A DNA stretch of 64,000 nt, from NCBI GenBank assembly GCA_963422375.2, contig OY729428.2:352001-416000 (forward strand), read 5' to 3'. Source of the DNA: Bryobacterales bacterium (GTDB lineage: Bacteria; Acidobacteriota; Terriglobia; Bryobacterales; UBA6623). The position numbers were made by a program, and so were the translations under genes. This document shows positions 42,850 to 53,461 of the stretch, one piece after another; within the stretch, counting starts at the first letter, position 1; every line of letters begins with the position of its first letter. The notes below the pieces were generated by a model. It did no database searches and was not told the DNA's origin. It saw only the letters and a program-made list of their open reading frames with translations.

Positions 42850-43932
42850 ATGGCCGCTTTCGAGGAGCGGATCGATTCCGCCAGGGCCGCGCTCGACGCG
42901 CAGGTTCGCGAAACGATCGCCTGGCACTTCGACCCGGCGACCGGCTGCCCGTTCTGGCTCGACTTCGCGCGGGCCCGCCTCGGGTGGGACCCGCGCGACC
43001 GGATCGGCGGCTTCAGCGACCTGAAGCTGCTGCCGGCCTTCGAGGACGAGTGGCTGCGGGGCGGGCCGGTTCGGCGCTGGGTGCCGAAGGGACTGGCCCA
43101 CAAGCCCGTGTACGTCTTCGAGACAGGCGGGACGACAGGGGTCCCGAAGTCGCGCATCAACGTGGAGGACTTCCGCACGGACTACGCGGATTTCTCCAAG
43201 ACGCTCCCGGACGAGTTCTTCCCGCCCGGCTCGGACTGGCTGCACCTCGGCCCGAGCGGCCCGCGGCGGCTGCGTCTGGCGGTCGAGTACCTAGCCCAGG
43301 TTCGCGGCGGGATCTGCTTCTCGGTGGACCTCGATCCGCGGTGGGTGGTGAAGCTGCTCAAGCGGGGCCATTTCGAGGAAGCCGAGCGCTACAAGCAGCA
43401 CTGCATCGACCAGGCGCTGACGATCCTCAAGGCGCATCCGGGCGTCCGCTGCCTCTTCGCGACGCCGAAACTGCTGGAGGGGCTGTGCGAGCGCACCTCC
43501 CTCCGCAGGCACGGGATCACCGGGGTCTTCTGCGGGGGCACGGAGATGACGCCCGAATTCCATCGGTTCGCACGCGAGGAGCTGCTGGAAGGCGCCTATT
43601 TCGCAGCCACCTACGGCAACACGTTGATGGGGCTGGCTTGCCACAAGCCGTTCGATCCGGCGGACAACCACGCCATCATCTACTACCCGCCGCAACCGAG
43701 GGCGGTGCTCGAGGTCTGCGATCCCGACAGCTTGGATCAGGTCGTGGGCTACGGAGAGACCGGGCGGGCGGTCCTGACCACGCTGACCAAGGAGTTCTTC
43801 GTGCCGCGGTTCCCGGAGCGGGACAGCTGCGAGCGCGAGCCTCCAATCGAGCTGTACCCCTGGGACGGCGTTCGCAACGTGCGGCCGTTCCAGGACCCCA
43901 AGAGCGCCGGGGTCACGGTCGGCGTCTACTGA
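42850..43932 (+). CDS. EhpF/LuxE/PaaK-like adenylate-forming (acyl-activating) protein
   Basis: WHFDPATGCPFW, FETGGTTGVPK AMP-binding loop, DLDPRW, YGNTLMG, ERD. Confidence 0.75.
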   Translation: MAAFEERIDSARAALDAQVRETIAWHFDPATGCPFWLDFARARLGWDPRDRIGGFSDLKLLPAFEDEWLRGGPVRRWVPKGLAHKPVYVFETGGTTGVPKSRINVEDFRTDYADFSKTLPDEFFPPGSDWLHLGPSGPRRLRLAVEYLAQVRGGICFSVDLDPRWVVKLLKRGHFEEAERYKQHCIDQALTILKAHPGVRCLFATPKLLEGLCERTSLRRHGITGVFCGGTEMTPEFHRFAREELLEGAYFAATYGNTLMGLACHKPFDPADNHAIIYYPPQPRAVLEVCDPDSLDQVVGYGETGRAVLTTLTKEFFVPRFPERDSCEREPPIELYPWDGVRNVRPFQDPKSAGVTVGVY

Positions 43933-43944
43933 GGCAGGAGGCGC

Positions 43945-44403
43945 ATGATGCGGACGCAGCGGGTCGCGATGCCGGCGCTCGTGCTGGCCTGCGTCACGAA
44001 TCTGGGCCCGGTTTCCCTTCACGCCGGCCAAGACGAGGCCGACTCGGTCAGGCAGCTGGTCGCCGCATACGCGGCGGCCCGAGAATCGAGGGATGCCGCC
44101 GCGATCCGGAAGCTGTTCACCGAGGACGCCGACCAGCTCGTCTCTTCCGGAGTCTGGCGCAGGGGCCGGGCGGTCCTGGTCGAGGGAATGCTGGGCAGCT
44201 CGCGTCGCAATCCCGGCAGCCGGACGCTGACGGTCGAGACCGTTCGGTTCCCCGAGGACACCTTGGCCATCGCGGATGCGCGCTACGAAATCAAGGGGGC
44301 GGACCGCAACCCCGACCGCAAGATGTGGAGCACCTTCATCTGCCTGAGCACTCCGGACGGATGGAGGATCGCGGCGATCCGGAACATGCTTCCGGCACGG
44401 TAA
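43945..44403 (+). CDS. SgcJ/EcaC (SnoaL/NTF2-like, DUF4440) family protein
   Basis: LFTEDAD, GR, GWRIAA; N-terminal signal-like segment. Confidence 0.75.
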   Translation: MMRTQRVAMPALVLACVTNLGPVSLHAGQDEADSVRQLVAAYAAARESRDAAAIRKLFTEDADQLVSSGVWRRGRAVLVEGMLGSSRRNPGSRTLTVETVRFPEDTLAIADARYEIKGADRNPDRKMWSTFICLSTPDGWRIAAIRNMLPAR

Positions 44404-44681
44404 CTGCGAGGCCGGGCGGCTAGCTTCGAGCACGCGGCTAGTTCTCTTGCGAGGCGAAAGTTCCGGCACCGACGGGCGGCTTCCAGCAGAGGCGTCCGCG
44501 CTACTTCCAAGCGCTGGGCCGCACTCCCAGGCCCAGCCCAAAGCCTCGGCAAGACGGCATCTTTCCGGTCACCCGTCCGAGAGCAAGCGCTATAATTACC
44601 TTCGTCACAATAGTGCTGCACGTAGGTCACGAATAGACACGAATTCGCGAGCTTCGAGTCCGTTCAATGTCGATTGTTTCG

Positions 44682-46765
44682 CTACGCAGGGGACCGAAAT
44701 GGAACTTGGACGGTGACTAAAGGCTCTTTTTGTTTCAGCTTGTTATTAATGCTCTCGAGCGTTGGAATGTGAGGCGCCCCGAGCAGATCCATCCAGCAAG
44801 GACCAGATCCTCCCCGCGGCCTTATCGGTCCTGAATAAAGTGCCATTGGACCGTGTAAATCAGATACAATCATACTTACCTCATAAGGACGCCAATTCGG
44901 AAAGTATAGTTCATCCTGATTACCAACGAACGTCAGCCGAGGATATGCTATATTGGAGGAGGTCGGAAATCTCTGACAGGAAAGGGGATAGCAGATGAAA
45001 CGCAATCGCGTGCAATGCCAGAAGGGACTCAGCCCGGGCAAGTTCCTGCAGCGCTACGGCAGCGAGGGGCCATGCGAGCAGGCCGTCTTCAAGGCCCGCC
45101 GGCCGGACGGCTTCCGCTGCCCGGAGTGCGGCTCCCGACGGCACTGCCGCATCCGCTCCCGCAAGCTCTGGCAGTGCCATGCCTGCCACCGCCGGACCTC
45201 CCTCGTCGCCGGCACGATCTTCGCCGCCACCAAGCTGCCGCTGACCGTCCGGTTCCTGGCGATCCACCTGCTGACGCAGGGCCAGCACGGCGTTTCGTCG
45301 CTGGAACTGGCGCGGCAGCTGGGCGTGAGCCGGAACACGGCTTGGAAGATGAAGCACAAGCTCTTGCAAGTGATGAAGGAGCGCGACGAGCGCGTGCCGC
45401 CGGGCGGCATCGTGCAGGTGGACGACGCCTACTGGGGCCTGCTGGGGCGGGGAGCGGACCGGCGGCAAGCGCGGTCGCGGCGCGGCGGGCCAGACGCCGT
45501 TCGTCGCCGCCGTGCAGGTCACCCAGGTCACCGCCGACGGCAAGCCGGCAAGGATGCGCCTGAGCAGCGTGGCGGGCTTCCGCAAGAAGACGCTGGCAGC
45601 ATGGGCCGGACGGCACTTGCAGCCCGGCACGGAGGTGCATTCCGACGGCCCGGCCTGCTTCCGGGGCGTGGCCGACGCCGGCTGCGAGCACGTGCCGACC
45701 GTCACCGCAGGCGGGCAGCGGAGCTGCGGGGATTCCCGCTTCTTCCGGGTCAGCACGATGCTGGGGAACGTCAAGCAGTCCCTGGCGGGAACCTGCCATG
45801 CGCTCGACGGCAAGCACCTGCCGCGGTACCTCGCCGAGTTCCGCTACCGCTTCAACCGCCGCTACGATCTGCAGGTGCTGGTCCCCCGCCTGCTCCACGC
45901 CTCCGTGCGCACCCCGCCCATGCCTTACCGCCTCCTAACCTTGGCTGAGTCTTGTGGGTAATCAGGTAGTTCATTGAGCGGAAGTGCAGTGTTCCGCTTC
46001 GTATAGTCTACGAGCTTATCTTGGACTACCCAGATTGTGCGTCCACCCCAACTATTTGCTGCTTCCGACTTCGGAATCAATTACGATGCCATCCTTGCCC
46101 ACACTTGCTTAATATTGACACCGGGCGCATTGACACGGGTGTCACCGCCAATCAACTGTGTGTGCAGACACGACGACACTACGAAACGCACCTCGTATGT
46201 CCGTCCCTAGAGAACGATTTCCACCGGAGGTGGAACAAGTCATGACTTCAACAATGACAGGCGGAGCGTTCTCGCGAGTACTGCGCAGCACGTAGTCAAG
46301 TCGGTAATTGAATTGTCCGCTACCCTCGCTTGAATCCCGCAGAGTTATCTCCGACCAAATTGAAATCCTCTCGTCAGGCTTGAATCCGCCAACAGAACGG
46401 ACTCTATTTGCCAATTCACATTGGGACTGAGACACTCCACTAGCCGTGAAGGAGAGTAGACTGCGCGGACAGATTGCCGAATTATCGTCTTCCCTTGGCA
46501 GCCTTATTCAGCAGATACCACAAGGGAAGTATCCTCCTGTAGTGCGCTCAACGGTATCGTTGAAAAATGGTCTCAGCCTTTCTTCAGACGCTGACACTCG
46601 AGCCATGTCACGATTTCTACCGCCGTCACAAGTGGCATTCATGAACGGGCAACGGGCTAACCTACATGCATCCAAGTCAATCTGCGGCTGTCGTAGCCGC
46701 TGGGACGCATGTGATTGCCTCTGTCCTCTGAGGCGTTGATCGTACAGCTCCTCTACGATTTCCAC
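44682..46765 (-). pseudogene. NotI-like type II restriction endonuclease, multiply disrupted
   Basis: Cys pattern CPF...CDG...GIC*...ICPR, DYVL, EVMT.STSGG, RMAS*L..K...WG. Two in-frame stops, a frameshift and an IS insertion. Start overlaps the MTase stop. Confidence 0.7.
44915..45966 (+). mobile_element. IS1595-subgroup element, copy A4 (frameshifted transposase)
   Basis: CCTGATT ends; TSD TAGTTCAT (44907-44914 and 45967-45974). Confidence 0.95.
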
Positions 46766-49202
46766 AAGCTTCTCCTCAAGGCTTGGACAACGGAACGGAT
46801 CATTGGCGGAGGCACTGCATTGGCAAACTGCCGGTGCTGGTCGAGATCACGCACTACTCCGGTGCGACGACGGATTGGCCCTTCAAGAATATGCTTGTCG
46901 GGGAATCCTTGAAGCCTTGCGGCTTCCCTAGTCGTTATATACCGATCTTCGATCGGATGATACAGGGCTTCTCCACAACGCAATGTCGGGGCTAGATGAG
47001 CCCTCTGGAGTCGTCGAAATTTCGTCGTGTACTTACGAGTCATAGTTCGCAAAATATCGGGAGAAACTCCGGGTGATTTCGACAACAAAAGCCCCTATGA
47101 CACATAGGAAATTCGCGTCCTTTTTCGTAATATTGTAGCATCAATATGGTTCGGAATTAGCGGTGATAAATTTCCATTTATTTTTGGTAATGGAAGACCC
47201 TATAATACGCTGCCTACTGTCGGATTTGAGCTCGAAATCGCGAATGGAAATTCAAACGTATGTCCGCGTAAAACACAGACAATTACAGCTCGTCTTCGAC
47301 GCTGTTCCACGCCATGCCTGCTCGCGTCAATCACATCACAATGCATGTCATATTCTGGTCTCTTGAATTCCATGCGCAGCAACTCAACTAGTGAGCGGCC
47401 GTCTCCTGTGACCGTACGCAAGAACGTGGGGACTTGCTCAATCATAATCGCAGCCGGACGAATTACCTCAGCAAAGCGAATTAGGTCGAAAATAAGGGTG
47501 CCTCGGGGATCACTCAAGCCCTTTTTCTTTGGGAATTATATATCTGAGTGCCGACGACGCCATATCCGGCTAGAACTGCTCTGATTGGGGAAGTCGCCGT
47601 CTAGCTCGGATCTTTCGTGTGCGGCCGAGGTGGGCACCGAAAGGTCGGTTCGTATCTGAATGGCGCCTGCAAGCGGATCTCGCGACGCACGGACTGGAGA
47701 GGCCGCCTCGGACGCCCCGGTCGAACCCGGATTGCCGTGGAGAGGCTCCCCTTCCAGGACGGCTGCATCTATGAATAATCCGGGCTGGACACCGGTCGCG
47801 GGGCGGGATTCCGGATCCGGAGCGCCCTTCGCACCGAGTGTGAAGAGAGGCCGCAGCGGACCGGCTAGGCCGTGCTCGGGCCGCGACCGCGGCCTTGCCG
47901 ACCAGTTGCCGGTAGGTCAGCGTCCGGCCGACCGGGCCCCGCGCCATGCGCCGCATCCGTTCCGCCGTGTCGCAGTTGCGGGCGTTGCGCCGTCCCGCGA
48001 ACTCCGTGAGGTAGCGGCCCGAATGTTGGACGCTGATCCGGTGATAGGTTCCGTAGAGGCCGCGCTTGAACAGGGACCGGAACGACTCGATGCCGTTCGT
48101 ACGCGCTGTCCCGCGCACGTACTCGTCGCCGGAGTGCTTGACGCCCTCGTGCGCGAACTCCGCCATGCCGGCGCAGGCCGCCGCCTCGTCGAAGCGGACC
48201 TGCGCGCCCGGCGCGACCCGGCCGCGCACGAAGCCCTGCAGGTCGCCCTCGGTCGTGCCCGGCAGCGGCCGGGCGGCCACTTCGTTCGTGGCGCGGTCCC
48301 GCGCGCCCGCCACGGGGGTCTTGCCGACCGGCCCGCGCCCGGCACGCGCGAATGCGGTGCGCCAGGTGCACAGGCCGACTTCCGGCTGATGCCTGGGTCG
48401 CGGTGCAGCTTCATGCCGGAGACGCCCTTGAGGCCGGTGGTCAGCAGGAACAGGGCGATGGCCCGGACGCGGTAGCCGAGCTTGGTGTCGGCCATCACGC
48501 TGCCGGTGCGCACGGAAAAGCGCTTGCCGCAGCCGCGGCAACGGTACGGCATCGAAGGGTGGGCCGCGCCGGACTGCACGCTGGAGCCGCGGCAGCGGGG
48601 GCATGCCGGATCGTCCGGCCAGCGCATGGAGGCGAACCACTTTTCCGCGGATTCGTCATCGGGGAACATGGCGATCACTTCGATCAATGTGATGCCTTTA
48701 CGAAACCACTTCCCGGGACCTTTCTGCTTCGACTTCTTCAACTACTACCTCCTATATTGGAACTATTCTATCAAGAAACTCCACAGACTGTCAACAGATA
48801 TCCGGAAGAAATATCAAAATTGATTTATGGATTGATAATTTGCCAAATCGGTTGCTTAGGCACTCAGATATATAATTCCCTTTTCTTTCCAATTTGGCTA
48901 AACGGCTGGCACGGCGGTCCACCGTGGAGCAGCGCCAGCTCGTCTTTCCCAATCCCCAGAACGTCCAGCACGCGGTCAGGATCAATGTGTCGCACATCTG
49001 CCTGCCACACGATCTCATGACTTCCGTTACGGCGCAACGTGGCAGCGCAATGAGGATCGCTCTCTATTGCGCACACAGTCTCGAAGCCGGCGTCGGCAAC
49101 ACCTATGTCCATGCCGCCAGCTCCGGAGAACAGACTGACTGCTCTGAGTAGCGCGGATTGTCCGCGCTGGACTGTACCTGCTGCCGGGCTACCCGGATGC
49201 AT
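46753..49202 (-). pseudogene. DNA (cytosine-5)-methyltransferase, IS-interrupted with further stops/frameshifts
   Basis: SLFSGAGG (motif I), GGPPCQPFS (IV), DPRGTL, EQV (VI), QRRRR (VIII), REAARLQGFP (IX), ANAVPP (X). Confidence 0.92.
47531..48880 (-). mobile_element. ISNwi-group IS1595 element, copy B3 (internally deleted transposase)
   Basis: Terminal repeats GGGAATTATATATCTGAGTGCC; TSD TTTTCTTT (47523-47530 and 48881-48888). The segment with the first catalytic Asp (EVDET) is deleted. Confidence 0.93.
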
Positions 49203-49564
49203 ACGAGTACAGAGTAATATATTTTCAACGTCCACTCGCAACAGGTCCCGAGCGGCCAAGCCGCGACTCCTAGGTCTCGGTCGAGCGAACCCGGCCACGG
49301 ACTCACCGGCGCCTGCAGGGAGAATCCCTCCGCTCCATTCAAGGACGTAGCGACGACGTTCCCGACTTTGGGGCCAATCTGCGTCACCAGACCGCAGTCG
49401 CCGACGCCCGTGCGTGACTCGGGAAGGCATTTGCATGGCGCACGCGTCCCGCGGCCACTCTGGTGGAGCACTCTGAAGCGACGGCGGGCGAACTATTGCC
49501 AGCGTGGGCAGCCAGAGCCGAGCGGGTGCGTCCAGGTTTGCGCCCGGCGCTTCGATCCACGAAG

Positions 49565-50842
49565 ATGTCTACCATGAACCGTCGCCAGTTCCTCGGCACG
49601 GGCAGCTCGCTCGCTACCGCCGCCCAGCTCCGGTCGCAGGACGGCGATCGCATCGAGAGGGACAGGCAGGCCGCGCTGGACGCGCTGCGGCCCAGCCGGC
49701 GCGACCTGCAGTACGGGCTGCAGCTCCACAGGGAGTCGCTCGTCTTCGATGCCTACGGCTTCGCGCCGCGAGCCGCCATGGACGGGGACGCGGTGCGGGC
49801 GCTGGCGGCCGAGGGCGCCTCGGAAGCGGAGCTGCGGGACCAGCGCGAGGACATGACCATGACCCGCGCCGCCACCGTGGCAGCCGAACGCGCGGAGTTC
49901 ATCCGCGCTTGGAACGCCGCGGGCGTTACCTGCATATTCCAGAATTGCGGCGAGGAGAGCAGCGACCCGCTCCGCCTGATCAAGCGGCTGGCCCGATTCA
50001 CCTACCTTACGGACCACCTGCGCGGAATCTTGCGCCGGGCCGTCTCGCCGGACGACGTAGAGCGGGCTCGGGCCGAGGGCTCGGGCTGCCTGTATTTCAC
50101 CGGCAACGGAGTGCCGCTGACGCAGCAATGGAACTCGGTCGAGGACGAACTGCGCTACATCCGCATCTTCTTCCAGCTCGGAATCCGCATGATGCACGTC
50201 ACCTACAACCGGCGCAACCGGCTGGGCGACGGCTGCGCGGAAGCCGCGAACGGCGGCCTCAGCGACTTCGGGAGAGCCGCGATCGCCAGGATGAACGAGG
50301 TGGGCGTGGTCGTCGACGTCGCCCACTCGGGCTGGCAGACCAGCTTGGACTCGGCGCGCGCGTCGACAAGGCCCATGGTCGCGAGCCACACCACCTGCGG
50401 GGGAATCTACACCCACATACGGTCCAAGCCCGACGAAGTGATCCGCGCGATCGCGGACACCGGCGGATACGTCGGCATGTGCTGCATCCCTCGATTCCTG
50501 CGGGGCGCGGGAGACATCGGCGCCCTGCTGGATCACGTCGACTACGCCGTCGGGACGTTCGGGGCCGACCATGTGGCGATCGGCACGGACGTCGCCTACC
50601 GCTCCCGCTACACCGAGGCGGAGTCGCGCAAGGTGCCGGATCGAGGACCCGGCCGGACCCGCTTCGCCGCTCTATGGCCCGAGGACGATTTCGTGACGAC
50701 TCCTGCCATGACCCGCAGCCTCGCCTGGACCAACTGGCCTTTGTTCACGGTGGGCATGGTGCAGAGGGGCCACTCGGACGCGGTCATCCGCAAGGTCCTC
50801 GGCGGCAACGTGCTGAGGGTGGCCCGCGCAGCCCTGGGGTGA
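49565..50842 (+). CDS. Membrane dipeptidase (peptidase M19), Tat-exported
   Basis: NRRQFL Tat motif, GLSDFG, VDVAH, ASHT, IGTD, LGGN. Confidence 0.88.
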   Translation: MSTMNRRQFLGTGSSLATAAQLRSQDGDRIERDRQAALDALRPSRRDLQYGLQLHRESLVFDAYGFAPRAAMDGDAVRALAAEGASEAELRDQREDMTMTRAATVAAERAEFIRAWNAAGVTCIFQNCGEESSDPLRLIKRLARFTYLTDHLRGILRRAVSPDDVERARAEGSGCLYFTGNGVPLTQQWNSVEDELRYIRIFFQLGIRMMHVTYNRRNRLGDGCAEAANGGLSDFGRAAIARMNEVGVVVDVAHSGWQTSLDSARASTRPMVASHTTCGGIYTHIRSKPDEVIRAIADTGGYVGMCCIPRFLRGAGDIGALLDHVDYAVGTFGADHVAIGTDVAYRSRYTEAESRKVPDRGPGRTRFAALWPEDDFVTTPAMTRSLAWTNWPLFTVGMVQRGHSDAVIRKVLGGNVLRVARAALG

Positions 50843-50917
50843 GTCGCGCCCGCGCGTCGCGTCGGGGGGAGCCGCGGGGCGCGACGAGCGCTGACCGACG
50901 CTCGCTCGCAGTCCTAG

Positions 50918-52180
50918 GTGCGGACGAAGGGCGGCGTCCTGCAACCCGCGATTCGCTACCCTTGTCGCGTGACGCGCAGGAATTTCGTCGCCGGCTCGGG
51001 CCTTTCGGCGCTCGCGGCCGGTCGCGTGATGGGCTCCAACGACCGGATCGGCGTCGGCATCCTCGGGTGCGGGCGGCGGAACCTTCTCGGACAGGTCCTC
51101 GAGTTCGGCGGGCAGGCCAATGCCGAGGTGCGCGCCGTTTGCGACATCTGGGAGCGGCAGCGCGAGGCGGCCGCGGCCAAGGTGCTCGACGCGACCGGTG
51201 CCAGCCCCGAGCGGGTTCACGACTACGAGGAGATGCTCGCTCGCGACGACATCGACGTCGTGGTGATCGGGACGCCGGACCACCAGCACTGCAGGCAGCT
51301 GATCGACGCCGTCGGGGCCGGCAAGGACGCCTACGTGGAGAAGCCGCTGGCCATGGATCTGAAGGAGCTGCGACAAGCTTGCGACGCGGTGAAGGCATCC
51401 CGACGGATCGCGCAGGTCGGGACGCAGGTGCGCAGCTTCCCTTCGGCGGTCGCCGCCCGCGCCTTCGTGCAGTCCGGAGGCCTCGGAAAGATCTTCAAGA
51501 TCGAGCAGTCGCGCAATTCCTACAAGCCCTACTGGTACCGCTACGCCGAGCGGCGCCTGGAGCCGAGCGAGACGGACTGGAAGCGATTCCTGATGCACCG
51601 AAGGCAGCGCCCGTGGGACTCGCAGCAGTACGCCGGCTGGTTCGGATACCGCGACTTCTCGCAGGGCCCGCACAGCAATCTGGGCGTGCATTTCTTCGAT
51701 CTCGTGCATTTCGTCACCGGAGCCGGACCGCCTGCCAGGGCCGTCACAATGGCCGGCTCGTTCCGCTGGAATCGCGACGGCTTCGACGTGCCGGACTCGG
51801 TGGAGACCACGCTGGAATATCCGGACGAGGGCTTTCTGGTCCGATACTGCTCGACGTTCGGAGTCCGCGGTCACAACTACCTCCGGTTCTTCGGGTCGCG
51901 CGGCATGATGGACGCGACCCGCTGGGGCGAGCCGTTCGTCGTCAGCGGGGACACGGTGGAAGACCCCGACCGGATCGGCGACGGCACGGTCATCGGCGAG
52001 GCCGAGAGCGTGCCGCACATGTTGAACTTCCTGGAGTGCGTGCGCTCCAGGCAGGAACCGCACGCCCCGATCGAGGCCGGCTACAGCCACTCCGTGGCGG
52101 CGATCCTGGCGGACGAAGCGTTCGTGCGTGGGGCGGGGGCCGAGTTCGACGCCCGAAAGCGGAGAATCCGCGGAGGCTAG
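50918..52180 (+). CDS. Gfo/Idh/MocA-family oxidoreductase (Tat signal)
   Basis: TRRNFV, GILGCG, TPDHQH, YVEKPLA, GVHFFD. Confidence 0.9.
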   Translation: MRTKGGVLQPAIRYPCRVTRRNFVAGSGLSALAAGRVMGSNDRIGVGILGCGRRNLLGQVLEFGGQANAEVRAVCDIWERQREAAAAKVLDATGASPERVHDYEEMLARDDIDVVVIGTPDHQHCRQLIDAVGAGKDAYVEKPLAMDLKELRQACDAVKASRRIAQVGTQVRSFPSAVAARAFVQSGGLGKIFKIEQSRNSYKPYWYRYAERRLEPSETDWKRFLMHRRQRPWDSQQYAGWFGYRDFSQGPHSNLGVHFFDLVHFVTGAGPPARAVTMAGSFRWNRDGFDVPDSVETTLEYPDEGFLVRYCSTFGVRGHNYLRFFGSRGMMDATRWGEPFVVSGDTVEDPDRIGDGTVIGEAESVPHMLNFLECVRSRQEPHAPIEAGYSHSVAAILADEAFVRGAGAEFDARKRRIRGG

Positions 52181-52256
52181 CCCATGCGCTCGGCCTCGAT
52201 ACGCTCGGGCCCGACGGCTCGGGCCGTCGCGGTGGCGGGACGGGCGAGCGGTCCGC

Positions 52257-53423
52257 TCATTTCCAGTCCGGCCATCCAAGCAGGCGTCGCTCGGACCAGT
52301 ACAGGTCGTGGTAATCGACGTCCTCGCTCGGCTTGCCCGGACGTGCCAAGGCGCGCGCAACCCGCTCGGCAACGGTCTCGGCGTCGTCCTCGGTCAGTAC
52401 CCGGAGATCGAGCCACAGTTGGCGCCTCCCGTTGTCGGCTCGCTGCACCCAGACCGGCGGGTCGCCTTCGCGAAGGAGGTTGGCGACGGCTTGCGCGGTC
52501 GCTTCGCAGTCGGCGGGGAGCGAGCAGACCACCGAGTACGGATTCGGCCCGCGCCGCAGCGGCAGCCGCCGGGCGAGGATGCGCGCGACCGCGTTCCAGA
52601 GGCGCCCCTGCGCCCCGGCGTCTCGCTCGTACCACGCCCTGAGGGCGACGATGCAGCCCACGATGCCCTCCTTGCCGACCTTCATCGCGCGGCCGATGCC
52701 GTAGTTCTGCAGGTAGCAGGCGCGGACCGGATCGACCTTGCCGCAGATCATGCCCGCCGTCGGTGCCCCCATCTGCTTGTGCGCGCTGGTGACCACGATG
52801 TCGGCCCCGGCTTCGAGAAACGGTCGGACATCGGGCCCGGCGGCTGTGTCCACGATGATCGGCACGCCTCTCGCAGCCGCCAGTTCCACGCAATCCTCCA
52901 GCGAGAGGAAGGCTCCGGCGGGATTGACGTCCCCCGAATCGACGTAGACAACAGCCGCGACACCGTCACCCAAGGCACCGCGGAGGTGATGCCGGTCGCA
53001 ATGGTTGGCCGTGCCGATGCGCTCGACCCGCGCGCCGCTGAGCCGGATCATCTGCGAGACCGGAGCGCCGAAATTGACATCGTGAGCGAGGGGCAGGACG
53101 ACGCGATCAGGCAGGCCGGCCGCGTCGGGAAGCCGGGAAATCCGCGCTAGGTCGGCCCCGGTCATGGCAGCGGCGGCAGCCACCGCCAGGGCGGCCGAGC
53201 ACGACGACGTGACGCAACCAGCCTCCGCCCCGGTGTACCGGCTGATGAACCGACTGGCGGACGCTTGCAGCTCGTCGATCTCGACGCTGATCCGCAGGGC
53301 GCAGTCGACGGCGGCCCGCACTTCTTCCGTGGCCGTGCCGGCGCCGAGGATCGTGGGCATGCCCATCGCGTTGAGCGCCCGGCGGACGCCGAGCCGACGG
53401 CAGAGCTCGTCGGGGTCCCGCAC
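52257..53423 (-). CDS. SelA/DgaE-like PLP-dependent enzyme
   Basis: LNAMG.PTILG, IVDTAA, SAHK, IGRAMKVGKE. Start uncertain (ORF open to 53516). Confidence 0.8.
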   Translation of the reverse strand: MRDPDELCRRLGVRRALNAMGMPTILGAGTATEEVRAAVDCALRISVEIDELQASASRFISRYTGAEAGCVTSSCSAALAVAAAAAMTGADLARISRLPDAAGLPDRVVLPLAHDVNFGAPVSQMIRLSGARVERIGTANHCDRHHLRGALGDGVAAVVYVDSGDVNPAGAFLSLEDCVELAAARGVPIIVDTAAGPDVRPFLEAGADIVVTSAHKQMGAPTAGMICGKVDPVRACYLQNYGIGRAMKVGKEGIVGCIVALRAWYERDAGAQGRLWNAVARILARRLPLRRGPNPYSVVCSLPADCEATAQAVANLLREGDPPVWVQRADNGRRQLWLDLRVLTEDDAETVAERVARALARPGKPSEDVDYHDLYWSERRLLGWPDWK

Positions 53424-53461
53424 GCGCGCCGCCGGCACGAGAAGCTTCCGCCGGAGGCGCG

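Noticed and set aside
47771..47787. ATGAATAATCCGGGCTG resembling the IS1380 end inside ISNwi copy B3
   Set aside because: Aligns collinearly with the equivalent segment of B1 and B2; no partner end; probably chance.
49504..52314. 936-aa ORF, and similar ones at 27935-30757 and 58527-60773
   Set aside because: Alternative or antisense frames overlapping well-supported genes; low-complexity composition.
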